Assembly: GCA_009840215.1 (NCBI GenBank)
Contig: VXOC01000310.1
Coordinates: 26,831 to 90,830, forward strand
DNA length: 64,000 nucleotides
Reading direction: 5' to 3'
Origin: Gemmatimonadota bacterium
Lineage (GTDB): Bacteria; Gemmatimonadota; Gemmatimonadetes; Longimicrobiales; Gaopeijiaceae
Positions within the stretch are counted from its first letter, which is position 1. Each line of letters starts with the position of its first letter. A program made the position numbers and the translations under genes. Shown in pieces: positions 62,508 to 64,000 of this stretch. The notes under the pieces were generated by a model that saw only the letters and a program-made list of their open reading frames with translations, did not search any database and was not told the DNA's origin.

Positions 62508-63026
62508 TCAGCGGTCGAACCGGCCGAGGTCTTCGGGACGAAGCCCGCGAAGATGTTCCTCCAGGGCCTCCGCGCTCATCGGGTCCTCGTCGTGGTCCAC
62601 CCCCTCGCCCTCTTCCGTGTCCGCGACTTCCACCACGAGCGTACCCTGTTCGAGCAGGGAGTCGTCGGCGAAGATGCGCGCCTCCATGCGCAGCGCGATC
62701 GCGATCGAGTCGGAGGGCCGCGCGTCGACGGAAATGACCTCGCCATCGCGGTCGATGATCAGTTCGGCGAAGTAGGTGCTGTTCTCCACCCGTGTGATGA
62801 GGACGCGCTTCAGCGTGCCGCCCATGCCACCCATCACCGATACCAGGAGATCGTGGGTGAGGGGGCGCTGGAAGGCGACGCCGCCCAGATGCATGGCGAT
62901 CGCGCTCGCCTCGCCGGGACCGATCCAGATGGGCAGAATCCGCTCCGTGCCGACCTCCTTGAGGATGACGACCGGCGTGTTGGACGTTCGGTCGAAGGCG
63001 AGGCTCTTGACGTTGACCTCGATCAC
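62508..63026 (-). CDS. bifunctional nuclease family protein (DUF151)
   Basis: ..PVVILKEVGTERILPIWIGPGEASAI.. and ..RPLTHDLL.. and ..VDARPSDSIAIALR.. are hallmark blocks. Confidence 0.85.
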   Translation of the reverse strand: MIEVNVKSLAFDRTSNTPVVILKEVGTERILPIWIGPGEASAIAMHLGGVAFQRPLTHDLLVSVMGGMGGTLKRVLITRVENSTYFAELIIDRDGEVISVDARPSDSIAIALRMEARIFADDSLLEQGTLVVEVADTEEGEGVDHDEDPMSAEALEEHLRGLRPEDLGRFDR

Positions 63027-63054
63027 CTGCGCGCCTCGCTTTCGGTGCCTGTCC

Positions 63055-64000
63055 TCACAGTTGCAACGCCGTCTTCAGATCATCCACCCGATCGGTTCGT
63101 TCCCACCCGAAGAGCCGTACACGGCGTCCGTTCGATATCAGGGTACGCGGGGTGCGCCCGAAGTGTCCATAGGCGGCCGTGGGCAGAAAGACCGGATTCC
63201 GGAGCCCCAATGAAGCGATGATTCCCCGGGGCGTGAAGTCGAAGACCTGTTCCACGGCCCGGGAGAGATCCTGGTCGGGAACGACACCGGTACCGAACGA
63301 ATCCACCCAGATCTGAACGGGGTCGGCCCTGCCGATCGCATAGGCGAGCCGCACCTCGCAGCGGGATGCGGCGCCGGCGGCCACCAGGTTCTTGGCGGCC
63401 CAGCGAGCCGCGTAGGCACCGGAGCGGTCCACCTTGGTGGCGTCCTTGCCGGAGAAGGCGCCGCCCCCGTGCCGGCCCATGCCGCCGTAGGTGTCCACGA
63501 TGATCTTGCGCCCCGTGAGTCCCGAGTCGGCGGCGGGTCCCCCAAACACGAAGCTGCCGCTCGGGTTGACGTGGCTGACGGTGCCTTCCGGGTCGAAGTG
63601 CCGTTCGGGAAGCGACGGCGCGATCACCTTCGCGATCACCTCGTCGCGGATCTCGTCCTGGGTCAGCTCCGCGCCACCGTGTTTCCGCGCGTGCTGCGTG
63701 CTGACCACGACGGTCGCTACGCGCGTCGGCACCATTCCGTCGTACTCGTACGTCACCTGCGACTTGCCGTCTGGTCGCAGCCACGGAATCTCTCCCGACT
63801 TCCGGGCTTCCGTGAGGCGCATGGCCAGGGCGTGGGACGCCGCGATGGGCGCCGGCATCAACTCGGGGGTCTCGTTGCAGGCAAATCCGAACATCATGCC
63901 CTGGTCCCCCGCCCCACCCTGGCTCACCCCGGCCGCGATCTCGTCCGATTGGCGGACGAGCGCCACTTGGCACCGGGTCCCGTCCGATCCGTCGTAGAGG
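63055..64000 (-). CDS. metK: S-adenosylmethionine synthase (N-terminus beyond the window)
   Basis: ..[12 protein letters not shown].., ..[27 protein letters not shown].. The frame stays open to the window edge. Confidence 0.95.
   Translation of the reverse strand, partial: LYDGSDGTRCQVALVRQSDEIAAGVSQGGAGDQGMMFGFACNETPELMPAPIAASHALAMRLTEARKSGEIPWLRPDGKSQVTYEYDGMVPTRVATVVVSTQHARKHGGAELTQDEIRDEVIAKVIAPSLPERHFDPEGTVSHVNPSGSFVFGGPAADSGLTGRKIIVDTYGGMGRHGGGAFSGKDATKVDRSGAYAARWAAKNLVAAGAASRCEVRLAYAIGRADPVQIWVDSFGTGVVPDQDLSRAVEQVFDFTPRGIIASLGLRNPVFLPTAAYGHFGRTPRTLISNGRRVRLFGWERTDRVDDLKTALQL

Noticed and set aside
1-64000. CRISPR arrays, IS elements or transposases, retron/DGR reverse transcriptases, restriction-modification or other recognisable defence systems.
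   Set aside because: No regularly spaced short repeats and no transposase, RT or nuclease-helicase ORFs were seen. The only mobile signature is the tRNA-Pro island, and its only defence-like cargo is brnTA.
1-64000. A selenoprotein gene (in-frame TGA) somewhere in the window, prompted by tRNA-Sec and selB.
   Set aside because: I found no pair of same-strand, same-frame coding ORFs separated by a single TGA with conserved sequence on both sides. The thioredoxin motif at 1193..3439 uses Cys (CGPC). By-eye screening cannot fully exclude it.

Overview
GC-rich bacterial chromosomal segment. Third codon positions are almost all G/C, so long antisense shadow ORFs occur throughout. The gene content fits a diderm of the Gemmatimonadota/FCB type: a SusC/SusD pair, LptE, LpxH, MlaFED, split ADP-heptose genes, BNR/VPS10 proteins and a T9SS-type C-terminal domain. 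The taxon is inference only. I support about 60 protein genes, mostly on the minus strand, plus tRNA-Pro(UGG), tRNA-Sec(UCA) and tmRNA. No CRISPR array or intact transposon was seen.

Main blocks:
- A thioredoxin/cupredoxin lipoprotein operon.
- An Erm-type rRNA methyltransferase.
- A roughly 4 kb decayed integrative island in tRNA-Pro, flanked by 48-nt att repeats. It carries brnTA, an AraC-MGMT regulator coupled to a PLP decarboxylase, and a truncated integrase.
- A DUF4105 gene broken by a 106-bp duplication.
- A 10-gene Mrp-type antiporter cluster in the order E-F-G-A'-B-C-D-D-x-D.
- LPS and lipid genes.
- deoC plus a fused double aldehyde dehydrogenase.
- A PUL-like locus with a frameshifted SusC.
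- mlaFED, tmRNA, and recO-selB.

The most unusual signal is not a gene. A 45-nt AT-rich promoter/operator-like module is conserved without gaps at three intergenic sites (14.5, 29.4 and 36.3 kb), each facing the adjacent gene. I found no clear novel multi-gene defence or biosynthetic system. All findings below come from reading the sequence and still need database checks.
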